Positions 18,935-30,312 are shown, numbered from the stretch's first letter. The stretch: DNA of 64,000 nucleotides from Bacteroidales bacterium (GCA_963667975.1 OY764079.1:1428586-1492585); one strand, 5' to 3'. Notes: a model not told the origin generated them from the letters alone. A program made the numbers and translations.

Positions 18935-20197
18935 ATGGATAATTGGGTTTTAATTGCTGTATCATTGATACTATCTGCATTTTTTTCAGGAATGGAGATC
19001 GCATTTGTTACAGCAAATAAATTAAAAATAGAAGTTGACCGAAGTAAAGGATTGCTCTCTGCTCGTATTATAGCCCGTTTTCAGCAAAATCCTGCTCGTT
19101 TTATCGGAGCATTACTTTTAGGTAATAATATTGCACTGGTTATATATGGATCGGCTATTGCGGCAATATTGGATCCATGGTTGATGAGGACTCTTCCTGT
19201 AACATTTAATGGGGAGTGGATTGTTCTTATATTACAAACAATTATCGCAACATTGATTATTTTAGTTAGTGCAGAGTTTTTACCTAAGGTTTTTTTCAGA
19301 ATAAACCCTAACCGGTGGCTGAATATCTTTGGTATCCCTGTCTGGTTGGTATATTACCTGCTTTATCCTATCATTTGGATTTTTATCGGAATTTCCGAAT
19401 TTATTTTACAGGCCGTTTTTAAAGTGAAGCTTGAAACTCGTTCAAAATCATTTTCAGCGGTTGATATTGACCATTTTCTGGAGGAATTTAGCAAAGGAGA
19501 CGTTGAAGAAAATGAAATTTTACAGGAAATTCAAATGTTTCAGAATGCAATTCAACTTAAGAGTACGAAGTTGAGAGAGTGCATGATTCCTCGTACCGAA
19601 ATTATTGCACACGAAAAACAAGACGAAATTGAGCAGCTTAAACAAAGTTTTATAGAAACAGGTCTTTCAAAAGTACTGATTTATCAAGATAGTATCGACA
19701 ATATAATCGGCTATGTTCATGCGTATGATATTTTCCGAAAACCTCAATCTATTCAGGAAGTATTGCGTTCTGTAGTGTATGCACCTGAGTCAATGCCAGC
19801 AAATCAGTTGCTTAAGCAGTTCTTCGATCAGCAGAAAGGAGTTGCCGTGATTGTAGATGAATTTGGAGGAACTTCAGGTATGCTTACCATGGAAGATGTG
19901 ATGGAAGAAATATTTGGAGAAATCAGAGATGAATTCGATATTAATGATCTTACTGAAAAACAGCTTGCAGAGGACGAATATTTGTTTTCTGCCCGTCTGG
20001 AAATTGATTATCTCAATGAAAATTATCGGCTAAATCTACCCGAATCGGACGATTATGAAACCCTTGGCGGATTTATTTTGCAAAAATACGGAAGTATTCC
20101 AAAGCTTGGCGATGAATTAGAGATTGATAATTACCACTTTAAAATTTTACAGGCTAAAAATAACGGAATAGATAAGGTAAGCCTTAAGTTAAAATAG
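18935..20197 (+). CDS. CNNM/HlyC-CorC family membrane protein (GldE-like)
   Basis: 420-aa ORF with an N-terminal four-TM DUF21 domain, a CBS pair and a C-terminal CorC_HlyC domain (DDYETLGGFILQKYGSIPKLGDELEIDNYHFKIL). Confidence 0.85.
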   Translation: MDNWVLIAVSLILSAFFSGMEIAFVTANKLKIEVDRSKGLLSARIIARFQQNPARFIGALLLGNNIALVIYGSAIAAILDPWLMRTLPVTFNGEWIVLILQTIIATLIILVSAEFLPKVFFRINPNRWLNIFGIPVWLVYYLLYPIIWIFIGISEFILQAVFKVKLETRSKSFSAVDIDHFLEEFSKGDVEENEILQEIQMFQNAIQLKSTKLRECMIPRTEIIAHEKQDEIEQLKQSFIETGLSKVLIYQDSIDNIIGYVHAYDIFRKPQSIQEVLRSVVYAPESMPANQLLKQFFDQQKGVAVIVDEFGGTSGMLTMEDVMEEIFGEIRDEFDINDLTEKQLAEDEYLFSARLEIDYLNENYRLNLPESDDYETLGGFILQKYGSIPKLGDELEIDNYHFKILQAKNNGIDKVSLKLK

Positions 20198-20236
20198 AAA
20201 GTTAAAAAAAATAATTGGGCGGGTTGTAGTTTTTTG

Positions 20237-20244
20237 TATTTTTG
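20237..20244 (+). promoter_or_regulatory. candidate -7 promoter box
   Basis: TATTTTTG matches TAnnTTTG and lies 30 nt upstream of the ATG at 20274. Confidence 0.3.
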
Positions 20245-20273
20245 CCTTCCATTCATAAAAACAGAAGATTAAT

Positions 20274-22412
20274 ATGGCTATCTTAAGTAGAATCAGAAAA
20301 AGATCCGGTTTACTCATTGCTTTAATCGGTGTTGCCATTGCCGGTTTCGTACTCCAGGATGCATTTAATGGTAAAGGCGGATGCAATCGTCGCAGCCAAA
20401 CTAAGTATGTAGGTGAAATTAATGGTGAAGAGATCGGTTACAGAGATTTCGAAGTAAAAGTCGAACAACAAACTGAAGCATACAAGCGTCAAATGCAAAA
20501 AGATAACTTGTCGAATGACGAGTCATTCAATGTTCGCCAGAATACGTGGAGTATCCTTTTGAATGAAATTTTGATGGGAGATCAATATGAAAAAGTTGGA
20601 ATCACTGTTTCTGGTGATGAACTTAGTGACTTATTCTTTGGTAAATTTCCTCATCCGTTTATCATTCAAAACTTTACAAATCCTCAAACCGGACAGATAG
20701 ATCGTAAGCGTGTCACAGACATCGAAAATAATTTCGATCAGTTAAAACCCGAAGAACAAAAACAGTGGAACGATCTGAAACGGATGATCAAAGAAGATCG
20801 TTTACGTACAAAATACAATAACCTGATTGCAAAGTCATTTTACATGCCTCGCGCTTTTGCCAAACGGGCTTATGAAGCTCAAAGTGATATGATGAAAGCT
20901 CGTATGTTTGCAGTAGATTATAACACAATCAAAGACGAAAGCATTAAGCTTACCGATGCTGACTATCAAAAATATTATGACGAACATAAAGCTGAGTTCG
21001 AACAAGAAGATTCGCGTGATATTGACTATGTGGTTTTTGATATTCAACCATCAAAAATTGATATGGAACAACTTACCAAACAAGTAAATGAATATTATCA
21101 GGATTTCCAGACCACAGATAACATCGCTGATTTTGTAAATTCAATTTCCGATACAAAATTTGATAGTGCTTTCATTAAACGTGGTCAGCTTTCATTTCAG
21201 TTGGATTCAATAATGTTTAATTCAGCCCCCGGACGTTTAGTAGCTCCTTTTATTGATAATGATAAATTTGAATTTGCAAAACTTTTGGATGTTCAAATGC
21301 GTCCTGACTCAATGAAAGCATCGCACATTCTGATTGCTTACCAAGGAGCAATGAGAGCAGGTCAAAATGTTGTACGCACAAAAGAACAGGCTGAAAAGCT
21401 GGCTGACAGTTTAAAAGCTGTTGTGTTAGCTAATCCTGCTGGTATCGAGCAAATTGCATTCGCGTCTTCTGATGATGGTTCTGCAAAGGAAAATAAAGGT
21501 GATCTGGGTTGGTTTACAGATGGCTCTATGATTAGAGAATTCAATGATGCAGTTGTAAAAGGTAAGATAGGTGATGTTGTGAAAGTTGAAACTCCTTTTG
21601 GATACCATATCATTAAAATTACTGATAAAAAGGCTCCGGTGAAAAAAGTTCGTGTAGCACTTGCAACTATTGCGATTGAACCTTCTGCAGAAACACAAAA
21701 AACAGTTTTTACGAAAGCGAACAAATTTGCTGCAACAAACCGCACTTATGAAAGCTTTGATAAAGCTGTTCAAAAAGAAGGTCTAAACAAACGCAGTGCA
21801 GAATTTGTTGAGCCAATGTCAAACAATATTCCAGGTCTTGAATCTGCTCGTGAGCTTGTACGTTGGGCATTTGAAGAAAACTCTACAAAAGGAATGGTTT
21901 CTGACAAGCCATTCGAATTCAATCATAAGTATGTAGTTGCTGCAATAAAAGAAGTTCGTGTAAAAGGAATTGCTCCATTAGAACAAATCAAAACTCGTCT
22001 TGAATATGTTGTAAAACGTGAAAAGAAAGCAGAACAGTTAATGGCAAAGTTAAATGCAGAACTTCAGAAAAACAAAGATCTTTATGCTTTAGCTGCAATG
22101 AATAATTCGGCAGTTGATACTGTTGATAATTTGAACTTTGCTTCATTCAATCTAGGTCGCCGTGGCTATGAACCTGAAGTATTGGGTGCTCTCTTTGCTC
22201 AGAAGAAAAACACAATGACTAAAGCGTTAAAAGGCTATAGCGGCGTATATGTTGCTCTGATTGATGATTTAATCAAAGCTCCTGCTGCTGCTGATTTAAC
22301 AATGCTTCGTCGTCAATACGAACAAATGTATATGCAACGTGTTCAAAATGAGGTATTCCGTGCATTACAGGAAAAAGCAGAAATTAAAGATAATCGTTAT
22401 TTCTTCTATTAA
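20274..22412 (+). CDS. ppiD: periplasmic chaperone / peptidyl-prolyl isomerase PpiD-like
   Basis: 712-aa ORF with an N-terminal membrane anchor, a SurA-N-like region and a parvulin domain (ASHILIAY...GDLGWFTDGSM...FGYHIIKITD). Confidence 0.85.
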   Translation: MAILSRIRKRSGLLIALIGVAIAGFVLQDAFNGKGGCNRRSQTKYVGEINGEEIGYRDFEVKVEQQTEAYKRQMQKDNLSNDESFNVRQNTWSILLNEILMGDQYEKVGITVSGDELSDLFFGKFPHPFIIQNFTNPQTGQIDRKRVTDIENNFDQLKPEEQKQWNDLKRMIKEDRLRTKYNNLIAKSFYMPRAFAKRAYEAQSDMMKARMFAVDYNTIKDESIKLTDADYQKYYDEHKAEFEQEDSRDIDYVVFDIQPSKIDMEQLTKQVNEYYQDFQTTDNIADFVNSISDTKFDSAFIKRGQLSFQLDSIMFNSAPGRLVAPFIDNDKFEFAKLLDVQMRPDSMKASHILIAYQGAMRAGQNVVRTKEQAEKLADSLKAVVLANPAGIEQIAFASSDDGSAKENKGDLGWFTDGSMIREFNDAVVKGKIGDVVKVETPFGYHIIKITDKKAPVKKVRVALATIAIEPSAETQKTVFTKANKFAATNRTYESFDKAVQKEGLNKRSAEFVEPMSNNIPGLESARELVRWAFEENSTKGMVSDKPFEFNHKYVVAAIKEVRVKGIAPLEQIKTRLEYVVKREKKAEQLMAKLNAELQKNKDLYALAAMNNSAVDTVDNLNFASFNLGRRGYEPEVLGALFAQKKNTMTKALKGYSGVYVALIDDLIKAPAAADLTMLRRQYEQMYMQRVQNEVFRALQEKAEIKDNRYFFY

Positions 22413-22467
22413 CAGGAGTATACAGTGTACTTTGCTTTAATGAGTTGAGATTTACACTGAAGCAATA

Positions 22468-22522
22468 AACACCGGTTTTGAATTCTGGATGTCTTCCGGA
22501 AAATTCAGAACCGGTGTTTTTA
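22468..22522 (+). terminator. intrinsic terminator after ppiD
   Basis: A 17-bp stem with one mismatch (AACACCGGTTTTGAATT / AATTCAGAACCGGTGTT) is followed by TTTTT. It overlaps the upstream ATG at 22489 listed in the ORF track. Confidence 0.7.
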
Positions 22523-22533
22523 TACCTACAGAA

Positions 22534-22776
22534 ATGGAATGTCGTGAAAAATGTGGTGCCTGTTGTATTGTGCCATCAATATCTTCATCTATCCCCGGAA
22601 TGCCACAGGGAAAACCTGCAGGAGTAAGGTGTGTGCAACTGACCGATGATTATCGTTGCAAGATTTTCGATAATCCGGAACGCCCTAAAGTTTGTGCTGG
22701 ATTTATGGCTGAAGAGCTCTTTTGTGGCAAAAGCAGAGAAGATGCATTCGTAATTCTTGGAGAGTTAGAACGTTAG
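22534..22776 (+). CDS. YkgJ-family cysteine-cluster (zinc/iron-chelating) protein
   Basis: The sequence reads [17 protein letters not shown]...[19 protein letters not shown]. The start is moved to 22534 because codons 1-15 of the 22489 ORF lie within the ppiD terminator hairpin. Confidence 0.75.
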   Translation: MECREKCGACCIVPSISSSIPGMPQGKPAGVRCVQLTDDYRCKIFDNPERPKVCAGFMAEELFCGKSREDAFVILGELER

Positions 22777-22900
22777 TACGGTTGTAATCAGAGTCTCTTT
22801 TTGATTGCCATTGTAATAATGGTAGTTCTTTAACTAATGTAATCTGTCCAAGACGGAGAATGTTCCTTTTGAATTTCGGAAGAGGGGTAATATTCAAAAG

Positions 22901-22961
22901 CATAAGGCTGTTTATGCTATAACACTTTTAAAAAAGATATTATAACATAAACAGCCTTATG
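22901..22961. terminator. 16-bp perfect inverted repeat, probable bidirectional terminator
   Basis: CATAAGGCTGTTTATG (22901-22916) pairs with CATAAACAGCCTTATG (22946-22961), with a 29-nt AT-rich loop. It lies between two convergent genes. Confidence 0.5.
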
Positions 22962-22979
22962 ATCTTATGATCATGCTGC

Positions 22980-25130
22980 TTACTTTCTTGATTCGATCAT
23001 AATATCGAGCATCTTGATTGCTGCATCCGAAATTTTAGTCCCGGGGCCAAAAATAGCAACTGCACCAGCCTGATAGAGATAGTCATAATCCTGTGGAGGG
23101 ATAACCCCACCTACAATTACCATGATATCGTCACGACCTAGTTTCTTCAGCTCTTCAATTACCTGAGGAACCAGTGTTTTATGACCGGCAGCCAGTGAAG
23201 AAACGCCTAAGACATGTACGTCGTTTTCAACCGCTTGTTTTGCAGCTTCGGCAGGAGTTTGGAAGAGTGGTCCCATGTCCACATCAAATCCAATATCGGC
23301 ATAGCCGGTTGCAACAACTTTTGCACCGCGGTCATGACCATCCTGACCCATTTTCGCAATCATAATACGTGGACGACGACCTTCCATCTTTGCAAATTCG
23401 TCGGCCATTGTGCAAGCTTTGCGATAGCTTTCGTTATCCTGAGTTTCTGATGAATACACGCCTGAAATAGTTCTGATTACTGCTTTATAACGTCCGAATA
23501 CTTTTTCCATTGCATAGGAAATTTCGCCTAATGATGCACGTTTGCGGGCTGCATCAATCGAAAGTTCCAACAGATTACCTTTGCCTGTTTCCGCACAAAG
23601 TGTAATCGCTTCGAGAGCTTTTTGTACCTCTTCGTTGTTACGTTCCGCACGAAGTTTTGCTAAACGAATTAACTGCGATTCGCGAACAGCTGTATTGTCA
23701 ACTTCAAGAGTATCAATTGGATCTTCTTTTTCCAAACGATGTTTGTTTACACCCAAAATTGTATCGCGACCAGCATCAATACGAGCCTGTTTACGGGCTG
23801 CAGCTTCTTCGATACGCATTTTCGGAATACCGGTTTCAATAGCTTTAGCCATACCCCCCAACTCTTCTACTTCCTGAATCAGTTTCCATGCATTGTGTGC
23901 AATTTCGTTGGTCAGAGTTTCAATGTAGTAAGAACCAGCCCATGGATCTACTGCGCGACAAACGTTGGTTTCTTCTTGAATATAAATCTGAGTATTCCGT
24001 GCAATACGTGCCGAAAAATCAGTAGGAAGTGCAATTGCTTCATCCAAAGCATTGGTGTGTAATGATTGAGTATGACCCAGTGCTGCCCCCATTGCTTCGA
24101 TACAGGTACGAGCTACATTGTTGAACGGATCTTGTTCGGTTAAACTCCATCCTGAGGTTTGAGAGTGCGTACGCAATGCCAGAGATTTCGGATTTTTCGG
24201 ATTGAATTGTTTTACAATCTTAGCCCAGAGCATACGGGCAGCGCGCATCTTGGCAATTTCCATAAAGTGGTTCATCCCGATAGCCCAGAAGAACGACAAA
24301 CGTGGAGCAAATGCATCAATATCGAGACCTGCTTCTACTCCTTTGCGGAGATATTCCAGACCGTCGGCTAGGGTATAAGCTAGTTCAATGTCGCAGGTAG
24401 CACCGGCTTCCTGCATATGATATCCTGAAATAGAGATTGAGTTGAACTTCGGCATCTTTTGTGAAGTAAACTCAAAAATATCGGCAATAATTTTCATAGA
24501 AGGAAGGGGTGGGTATATGTAGGTATTACGCACCATGAATTCCTTCAGAATATCGTTTTGGATAGTTCCACTCAGCGTGTCCATAGAAACACCCTGCTCT
24601 TCAGCAGCTACGATATAGAATGCCAGAATAGGCAATACAGCCCCATTCATGGTCATCGACACCGACATTTTATCTAATGGAATCTGGTCGAACAGAATTT
24701 TCATGTCCAGAATAGAGTCAATCGCAACACCCGCTTTTCCCACATCACCAACAACACGTTCGTGATCGGAGTCATAACCGCGGTGAGTTGCAAGGTCGAA
24801 TGCTACCGAAAGTCCTTTCTGACCTGCGGCAAGGTTACGACGGTAAAATGCATTCGATTCTTCGGCTGTAGAAAAACCTGCATACTGACGAATCGTCCAA
24901 GGTTTCTGAACATACATGGTCGAATAAGGTCCGCGAAGGAAAGGAGGAAGTCCTGCAGCATAGTTGAGGTGTTCCATACCTTTAAGGTCATCTTCGCTAT
25001 ACGCTGGTTTTACCGGAATTTGCTCAGGCGTTAACCAATCTTTTGAAATACCAGTCTCCTGTTCCCATTTCGAAAAATCTTTTTCCGGGGCAGAAGCCTT
25101 ATAGTCAACGTTCTTAAAATCGGGTCTCAT
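22980..25130 (-). CDS. scpA: methylmalonyl-CoA mutase (large catalytic subunit with B12-binding domain)
   Basis: 716-aa ORF with a mutase TIM-barrel region ([31 protein letters not shown]) and a C-terminal cobalamin domain carrying the DxHxxG motif ([11 protein letters not shown]). Confidence 0.95.
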   Translation of the reverse strand: MRPDFKNVDYKASAPEKDFSKWEQETGISKDWLTPEQIPVKPAYSEDDLKGMEHLNYAAGLPPFLRGPYSTMYVQKPWTIRQYAGFSTAEESNAFYRRNLAAGQKGLSVAFDLATHRGYDSDHERVVGDVGKAGVAIDSILDMKILFDQIPLDKMSVSMTMNGAVLPILAFYIVAAEEQGVSMDTLSGTIQNDILKEFMVRNTYIYPPLPSMKIIADIFEFTSQKMPKFNSISISGYHMQEAGATCDIELAYTLADGLEYLRKGVEAGLDIDAFAPRLSFFWAIGMNHFMEIAKMRAARMLWAKIVKQFNPKNPKSLALRTHSQTSGWSLTEQDPFNNVARTCIEAMGAALGHTQSLHTNALDEAIALPTDFSARIARNTQIYIQEETNVCRAVDPWAGSYYIETLTNEIAHNAWKLIQEVEELGGMAKAIETGIPKMRIEEAAARKQARIDAGRDTILGVNKHRLEKEDPIDTLEVDNTAVRESQLIRLAKLRAERNNEEVQKALEAITLCAETGKGNLLELSIDAARKRASLGEISYAMEKVFGRYKAVIRTISGVYSSETQDNESYRKACTMADEFAKMEGRRPRIMIAKMGQDGHDRGAKVVATGYADIGFDVDMGPLFQTPAEAAKQAVENDVHVLGVSSLAAGHKTLVPQVIEELKKLGRDDIMVIVGGVIPPQDYDYLYQAGAVAIFGPGTKISDAAIKMLDIMIESRK

Positions 25131-25716
25131 TATTGTGGGTTTAATGATTTTGACTTAAAACTGAAGGGCAAAGGTAAGATTTTTTGCGAAAAGGGAAAGG
25201 ATTTGGTAATTTGAAAATTTGACCTCGATAATTTGGTTGAAAATGAGTTAGCTAGCGCAAAATTTTATAAAATTAATTTTTGAGTTGATAAAGAAACACA
25301 AGGGAGTATTGTAAAAATAGGGAAATTAGAAATATGTTTTGAACATGAATAGATAAATATAAATTGTCTTAGCTATTCAGTATTTCAACACAAAATAAAA
25401 TCAGAAAGCCGGTTGAAGCAATGAGTAGTTGGAACTGGTATTAGAATGATGACTGGTATATTTGAAGGAAAACATATCAAATATTTCCTCCTCTAACAGA
25501 GATCATTTTAATTAAGTAGTTATCAATGAGTATTTAAAATCCTGGTAATAAAAAAGACCAGCCATTTTGTTTATGAAACTATTATATTTGACCTCGGAGA
25601 GGTTGTATGTTTGTGGAAAAAATAATACGATTCCATCCAGAGGGCTTATGGCATCTCCTGCAAGCATTCTTTTATCAATCTCTAATTTTTGGGGATTGAT
25701 AGTAATAAAATAACAA

Positions 25717-25747
25717 ATCCCGGCTGATTGTTAATTTCAGCCAGGAT
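25717..25747. terminator. hairpin terminator downstream of sufD (T-runs on both strands)
   Basis: ATCCCGGCTGA (25717-25727) pairs with TCAGCCAGGAT (25737-25747), an 11-bp stem with one C-A mismatch on the plus strand (a G-U pair on the minus-strand transcript). It is flanked by T-rich tracts in both orientations. Confidence 0.55.
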
Positions 25748-25773
25748 TTTTGTTTTGTTGCTTTATTCTTAAA

Positions 25774-27213
25774 CTAGCAATGACTTTTTCCTGTTTCTCC
25801 GATTTTTGTCATGTCTATTTCGAAACTGTATTGTTTTTCCACATGATCGCAATGAAGAACACATTGATCGCAAATGGTTAATTCGCCCTGCAAGCGTTTC
25901 TTTACCATATCTTCCAAGCGCACTTTTAATGCTTCGATGGCTATTTTTTGGATTACTTCATCAGCAAAGGCATACATCAGTAATGTTCGGGCACTTTGAA
26001 CGCTGATTCCTCTGGAACGCAGGTAAAACATGGCTTCTGTATCGAGCTGTCCGACGGTTGCTCCATGACTGCATTTTACGTCATCGGCATAAATTTCGAG
26101 GAAAGGCTTTGTGTTTACCAATGCCTTGTCGGTAAGCAGTAAGTTTTTATTGCTTTGAAAAGCTTCAATTTTCTGAGCATTAGGCCAAACTTTTACATGT
26201 CCGTTGAAAACGGCTGTTGCTGAATCGTCCAAAATACCCTTAAAAAGTTCGTTACTGGTGGTATGAGGTTTCAGATGGTCGATGTGAACGTAATTATCCA
26301 CATGCTGGCTTTTATCCATCAGATAGAGCCCATAAACATTGGCATTGCTGCCTTCTCCATCCAATTTAATATCAATATTGTTGCGGATAGAGCCTCCGTT
26401 TAAACTTACAGCCATTGAATTTACACGACTATTTGCTTCTTCATGAATGAAAATGGAGTTGATAAGGGTGGTTTCATTATTGAGATTCTGCATCTTGTAA
26501 TGCTCAAAACCAGAGTTTTCTCCAACAATCACTTCGGTAACGACATTGGCAAAACCAGGTGTATGGTTGTAAGAATCGTCACATTGGATTAGTGTAAGCG
26601 AGCTGTTTTTTCCAATAATCACAAGATTGCGAATATTCAGAAATTCAGTGTTTTGCGAACGCATCACATTTACAATCTGTAATGGCATTTCGCAGATTAC
26701 CCCATCCGGAATATAAACGAAGAAACCATCGGTAGCCATTGCAGTGTTGAGAGCGATCAAGCCTTCAGCGCTTTTTTGTGTCATTGAGTCAAAATACGTA
26801 TGGATGAGCTCGGGGTGAAGCTTCATGGCTTCAGCCAAACTTCCGACAATAATTCCTCCTGTAAGTGTTTCCAGTTTTCCGGTTTTTGGATAAAACCATC
26901 CGTTGGCCACTACCATCTGATATGCTTCTAAATGAGGAACATTGCATTGAAGCAGATCTTTTTGATCCTTGAAATCCTGAGGATGAAGCTCTACAGCGTA
27001 ATCTTGGCTTAAAGCATGTGTAAGATCTGTGTTTCGCCATATTTCCTGATTGGGCCGAGGAAATCCTTCTGCAACAAAACGATTAAATGCTTCTTGGCGG
27101 GTTTGCTGTAGAGTCTCAGATTCGTTGGCAAACAATGTTTGCTTTTGAGTTTGAAAAGCTACAATAAGTTTATCTTTCAGCGGAAATTCACGTATTTCCA
27201 TTTCTTGTTTCAT
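25774..27213 (-). CDS. sufD: Fe-S cluster assembly protein SufD with a Cys-containing C-terminal extension
   Basis: 479-aa ORF, last gene after sufB and sufC. It has a SufBD beta-helix core (FLEIYADDVKCSHGATVGQLD) and a tail reading ...ICDQCVLHCDH...GKSHC. Confidence 0.9.
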   Translation of the reverse strand: MKQEMEIREFPLKDKLIVAFQTQKQTLFANESETLQQTRQEAFNRFVAEGFPRPNQEIWRNTDLTHALSQDYAVELHPQDFKDQKDLLQCNVPHLEAYQMVVANGWFYPKTGKLETLTGGIIVGSLAEAMKLHPELIHTYFDSMTQKSAEGLIALNTAMATDGFFVYIPDGVICEMPLQIVNVMRSQNTEFLNIRNLVIIGKNSSLTLIQCDDSYNHTPGFANVVTEVIVGENSGFEHYKMQNLNNETTLINSIFIHEEANSRVNSMAVSLNGGSIRNNIDIKLDGEGSNANVYGLYLMDKSQHVDNYVHIDHLKPHTTSNELFKGILDDSATAVFNGHVKVWPNAQKIEAFQSNKNLLLTDKALVNTKPFLEIYADDVKCSHGATVGQLDTEAMFYLRSRGISVQSARTLLMYAFADEVIQKIAIEALKVRLEDMVKKRLQGELTICDQCVLHCDHVEKQYSFEIDMTKIGETGKSHC

Positions 27214-27261
27214 GTTACCCTTCTTTTGATAAGAGTGATTGAATTAATGATGAATGACGTA

Positions 27262-28014
27262 TTAGAAAGTTCCCTGTTTCAGCCATTCGTACCCCTTGTT
27301 TTCGAGTTCGAGAGCTAATTCTTTGCCTCCTGATTTTACGATTCGTCCTTCGAATAATACATGGACAAAATCGGGGACAATGTAATCGAGCAGACGTTGA
27401 TAATGCGTAATAACTATGGTTGCGTTTTCGGCAGAACGAAGGTTATTTACGCCATTGGCCACAATACGCAGAGCATCGATGTCGAGACCTGAGTCCGTTT
27501 CATCCAGGATAGAGAGAGTTGGTTCGAGCATGGCCATCTGGAATATCTCATTTTTTTTCTTTTCTCCACCCGAAAATCCTTCGTTTACCGAACGATTGGT
27601 TAGCTTAGTTTGGAGTTCAACGAGTTTTTTCTTTTCCTCCATCATGCGAAGAAATTCGCCACCAGGCAATGGATCAAGTCCGCGATATTTGCGCTGTTCG
27701 TTTACAGCCGTACGCATAAAGTTGGTGATACTCACACCCGGAATTTCCACAGGATATTGAAATCCAAGGAAAATACCTTCACTGGCACGTTCTTCTATCG
27801 AAAGGTCGGACAGATTTTTCCCTTTGTAAATAATTTCGCCTTCGGTAACTTCAAATGTTTCTCTTCCGGCAATAACTGAAGCCAGAGTACTTTTCCCGGT
27901 TCCGTTAGGGCCCATGATGGCGTGTACTTCACCTTTGTTCACTTCAAGATTCACCCCTTTCAATATCTGTTTTCCATTAACGGAAGCGTGTAAATTTCTT
28001 ATACGGAGTAACAT
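27262..28014 (-). CDS. sufC: Fe-S cluster assembly ATPase SufC
   Basis: 250-aa ABC ATPase with Walker [10 protein letters not shown], signature FSGGEKKK and Walker [13 protein letters not shown]. Confidence 0.95.
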   Translation of the reverse strand: MLLRIRNLHASVNGKQILKGVNLEVNKGEVHAIMGPNGTGKSTLASVIAGRETFEVTEGEIIYKGKNLSDLSIEERASEGIFLGFQYPVEIPGVSITNFMRTAVNEQRKYRGLDPLPGGEFLRMMEEKKKLVELQTKLTNRSVNEGFSGGEKKKNEIFQMAMLEPTLSILDETDSGLDIDALRIVANGVNNLRSAENATIVITHYQRLLDYIVPDFVHVLFEGRIVKSGGKELALELENKGYEWLKQGTF

Positions 28015-28026
28015 ATATTTCTTTTT

Positions 28027-28281
28027 TTATTTCTTTTTTCCTAATTTACGATTGATATTCCATTGTGCTGTAAAATAACCGAATGTGATAAAAACAATCA
28101 GTCTGAGTAAGGTTTTTACACTCAAGAAGATAGTGAGAATATTGTCGGTAGAGGCTTTCATGTCAATAAAATCGAGCAATGAAACCAAAGCTACCAGGCT
28201 TAATCCCCAAAGTATGGCATAAAACCAGATGTTTTTTTCTCTGGATTTGTTTTTGGAAACTGTTTTTGTTTTTTTCGTCAT
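28027..28281 (-). CDS. small two-TM membrane protein inserted between sufB and sufC
   Basis: 84-aa ORF with a basic N-terminus and two hydrophobic helices. It is tightly packed in the operon, with 11-12 nt gaps on each side. Confidence 0.5.
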   Translation of the reverse strand: MTKKTKTVSKNKSREKNIWFYAILWGLSLVALVSLLDFIDMKASTDNILTIFLSVKTLLRLIVFITFGYFTAQWNINRKLGKKK

Positions 28282-28292
28282 GAGATATTTGA

Positions 28293-29741
28293 TTAACCCA
28301 CGCTGCCTTCGAGGCTGATGGAAAGTAATTTCTGAGCTTCAACGGCAAATTCCATCGGAAGCTTGTTCAGTACTTCTTTTGCATAACCATTCACAATCAG
28401 TCCAATTGCACTTTCAGCACTGATGCCACGTTGTTGGCAGTAGAACAACTGATCTTCCGAAATCTTAGAGGTAGTAGCTTCGTGTTCAACAATAGATGAT
28501 TGATTTCCGGTTTGGATGTAAGGCCATGTATGGGCGCCGCATTGGCTACCAAGTAAGAGCGAGTCACATTGGGAGAAGTTACGTGAATTCAACGCATTTT
28601 TAGTAATCTTTACCAATCCACGGTAGCTATTCTGACTGTGGCCTGCCGAAATCCCTTTGGAGATGATGGTACTTTTGGTGTTTTTCCCGATGTGAATCAT
28701 TTTGCTTCCGGTGTCTGCCTGTTGGTAGTTATTGGTTACCGCTACAGAATAGAATTCTCCTACTGAATTATCACCCATTAGCACAACGCTTGGATATTTC
28801 CAAGTGATAGCAGAGCCGGTTTCAACCTGAGTCCATGAAATTTTGGAGTTGTTTCCTTTGCAAATTCCGCGTTTAGTTACAAAATTGTAGATACCACCTT
28901 CCCCATTTTTATTTCCGGGATACCAGTTTTGAACAGTAGAGTATTTTACTTCAGCATCTTTCATGGTAATGATTTCTACTACTGCAGCGTGGAGTTGATT
29001 TTCATCACGTTGTGGTGCAGTACATCCTTCCATATAGCTGACGTAAGCACCTTCATCTGCGATGATGAGTGTACGCTCAAATTGTCCGGTATTCTTCGCA
29101 TTGATACGGAAATAAGTTGATAATTCAATCGGGCAACGAACTCCTTTCGGAATATACACAAATGAACCATCGCTAAATACCGCTGAATTGAGAGCCGCGA
29201 AAAAGTTATCATGAACCGGAACAGCAGTTCCCAGATATTGTTTTACAAGATCAGGATGTTTTTGCAGAGCTTCACTGATCGGACAGAATATAATTCCTTG
29301 TTTTGCAAGAGTTTCGGTAAATGTTGTTTTTACGGAAACGCTGTCCATTACTGCATCTACAGCTACTCCGCTAAGCATTTTTTGCTCTTCAAGTGAAATG
29401 CCGAGCTTATTGAAGGTATCCAATAGTTCGGGATCTACTTCATCCAGACTGTTCAAAACCTTTTTAGGTTTAGGTGCTGCATAATAGATTATATCCTGAT
29501 AGCTTATCGGAGGATATTTTAGATGAGCCCATTCGGGTTCTTTCATCTCCAGCCATTTTTTAAATGCGTTGAGGCGAAATTCAAGCATAAACTCCGGCTC
29601 ATTTTTCTTGGCTGAGATAAAACGGATGGTATCTTCGGTCAGTCCCGGAGGAGCTGTTTCAGTTTCTATATCCGTGACAAAGCCCCATTTATACTCGCTA
29701 TTGGTTACTTCATTTATTAAATCGTTGGCTTCGGCAGACAT
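28293..29741 (-). CDS. sufB: Fe-S cluster assembly scaffold SufB
   Basis: 482-aa ORF with typical SufB sequence ([42 protein letters not shown]). Confidence 0.95.
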   Translation of the reverse strand: MSAEANDLINEVTNSEYKWGFVTDIETETAPPGLTEDTIRFISAKKNEPEFMLEFRLNAFKKWLEMKEPEWAHLKYPPISYQDIIYYAAPKPKKVLNSLDEVDPELLDTFNKLGISLEEQKMLSGVAVDAVMDSVSVKTTFTETLAKQGIIFCPISEALQKHPDLVKQYLGTAVPVHDNFFAALNSAVFSDGSFVYIPKGVRCPIELSTYFRINAKNTGQFERTLIIADEGAYVSYMEGCTAPQRDENQLHAAVVEIITMKDAEVKYSTVQNWYPGNKNGEGGIYNFVTKRGICKGNNSKISWTQVETGSAITWKYPSVVLMGDNSVGEFYSVAVTNNYQQADTGSKMIHIGKNTKSTIISKGISAGHSQNSYRGLVKITKNALNSRNFSQCDSLLLGSQCGAHTWPYIQTGNQSSIVEHEATTSKISEDQLFYCQQRGISAESAIGLIVNGYAKEVLNKLPMEFAVEAQKLLSISLEGSVG

Positions 29742-29920
29742 TTTCTTATTTTGATTGATTATAAATTACGGCAAAAGTACTTCTTCGTGCATTCTTAACA
29801 AAATCTGATTGGAAAAGTTTGGGTAAGATTCTTGTCTTGCCTGTAAAGAAATAGAAAAACCCATTAGATATTCTTTCGAAAAGGATTTCTAAAATATGCA
29901 TTTCAAATAATACCATAAAA

Positions 29921-30312
29921 CCCAAGGTGGTTTCGTAAGCCGGGTTCTGTTTTGGTTTCTGAGCGAGTCAGAAGCCTAATCTGTCATTTATCTGGGATCG
30001 TCATCACTGGCGACCTCAATCAGCCTACCCCCCGGTATTGGACGAGCCTCCTTAGCACCCGGTATATTTGGCCTTTCAACCCGTAAGGTTTACCCCAGGA
30101 GTATGTTGCCATCCCCTGCGTGAGCTCTTACCTCGCGTTTTCACCCTTATCCTGTTGCGAGCAACAAGACGGTTCTTTTCTGTGGCACTTGCTGTAATCC
30201 AAAGCTTGAGCTTTTGGATTCCTTCCCGTTAGGAAGCACGGTTGCTCTGCGTTGCCCGGACTTTCCTCCCTCTCGCCAAAAGGCGAGACAGCGACAGATC
30301 GAACCACCCTTT
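29921..30312 (-). ncRNA. rnpB: RNase P RNA, bacterial type A
   Basis: The minus strand contains GAGGAAAGTCCGGGC, ACAGAAAAGAACCG, GGTAAGAGCTCAC, CCCAGATAAATGA and ACAGAACCCGGCTTA. P1 pairing joins GGTGGTT (5' end) with AACCACC (3' end). Confidence 0.93.

Noticed and set aside
22489-22533. Upstream start of the YkgJ-family ORF
   Set aside because: The first 15 codons overlap the 17-bp-stem ppiD terminator. The ATG at 22534 gives the family-typical [11 protein letters not shown] start.
25131-25773. Possible cobalamin riboswitch or mutA remnant upstream of the mutase
   Set aside because: I found no B12-box-like core or structured GC-rich region by eye, and nothing translatable resembling a mutase small subunit. 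An 11-bp direct repeat ATTTGACCTCG (25217 and 25586) is borderline chance in AT-rich DNA.
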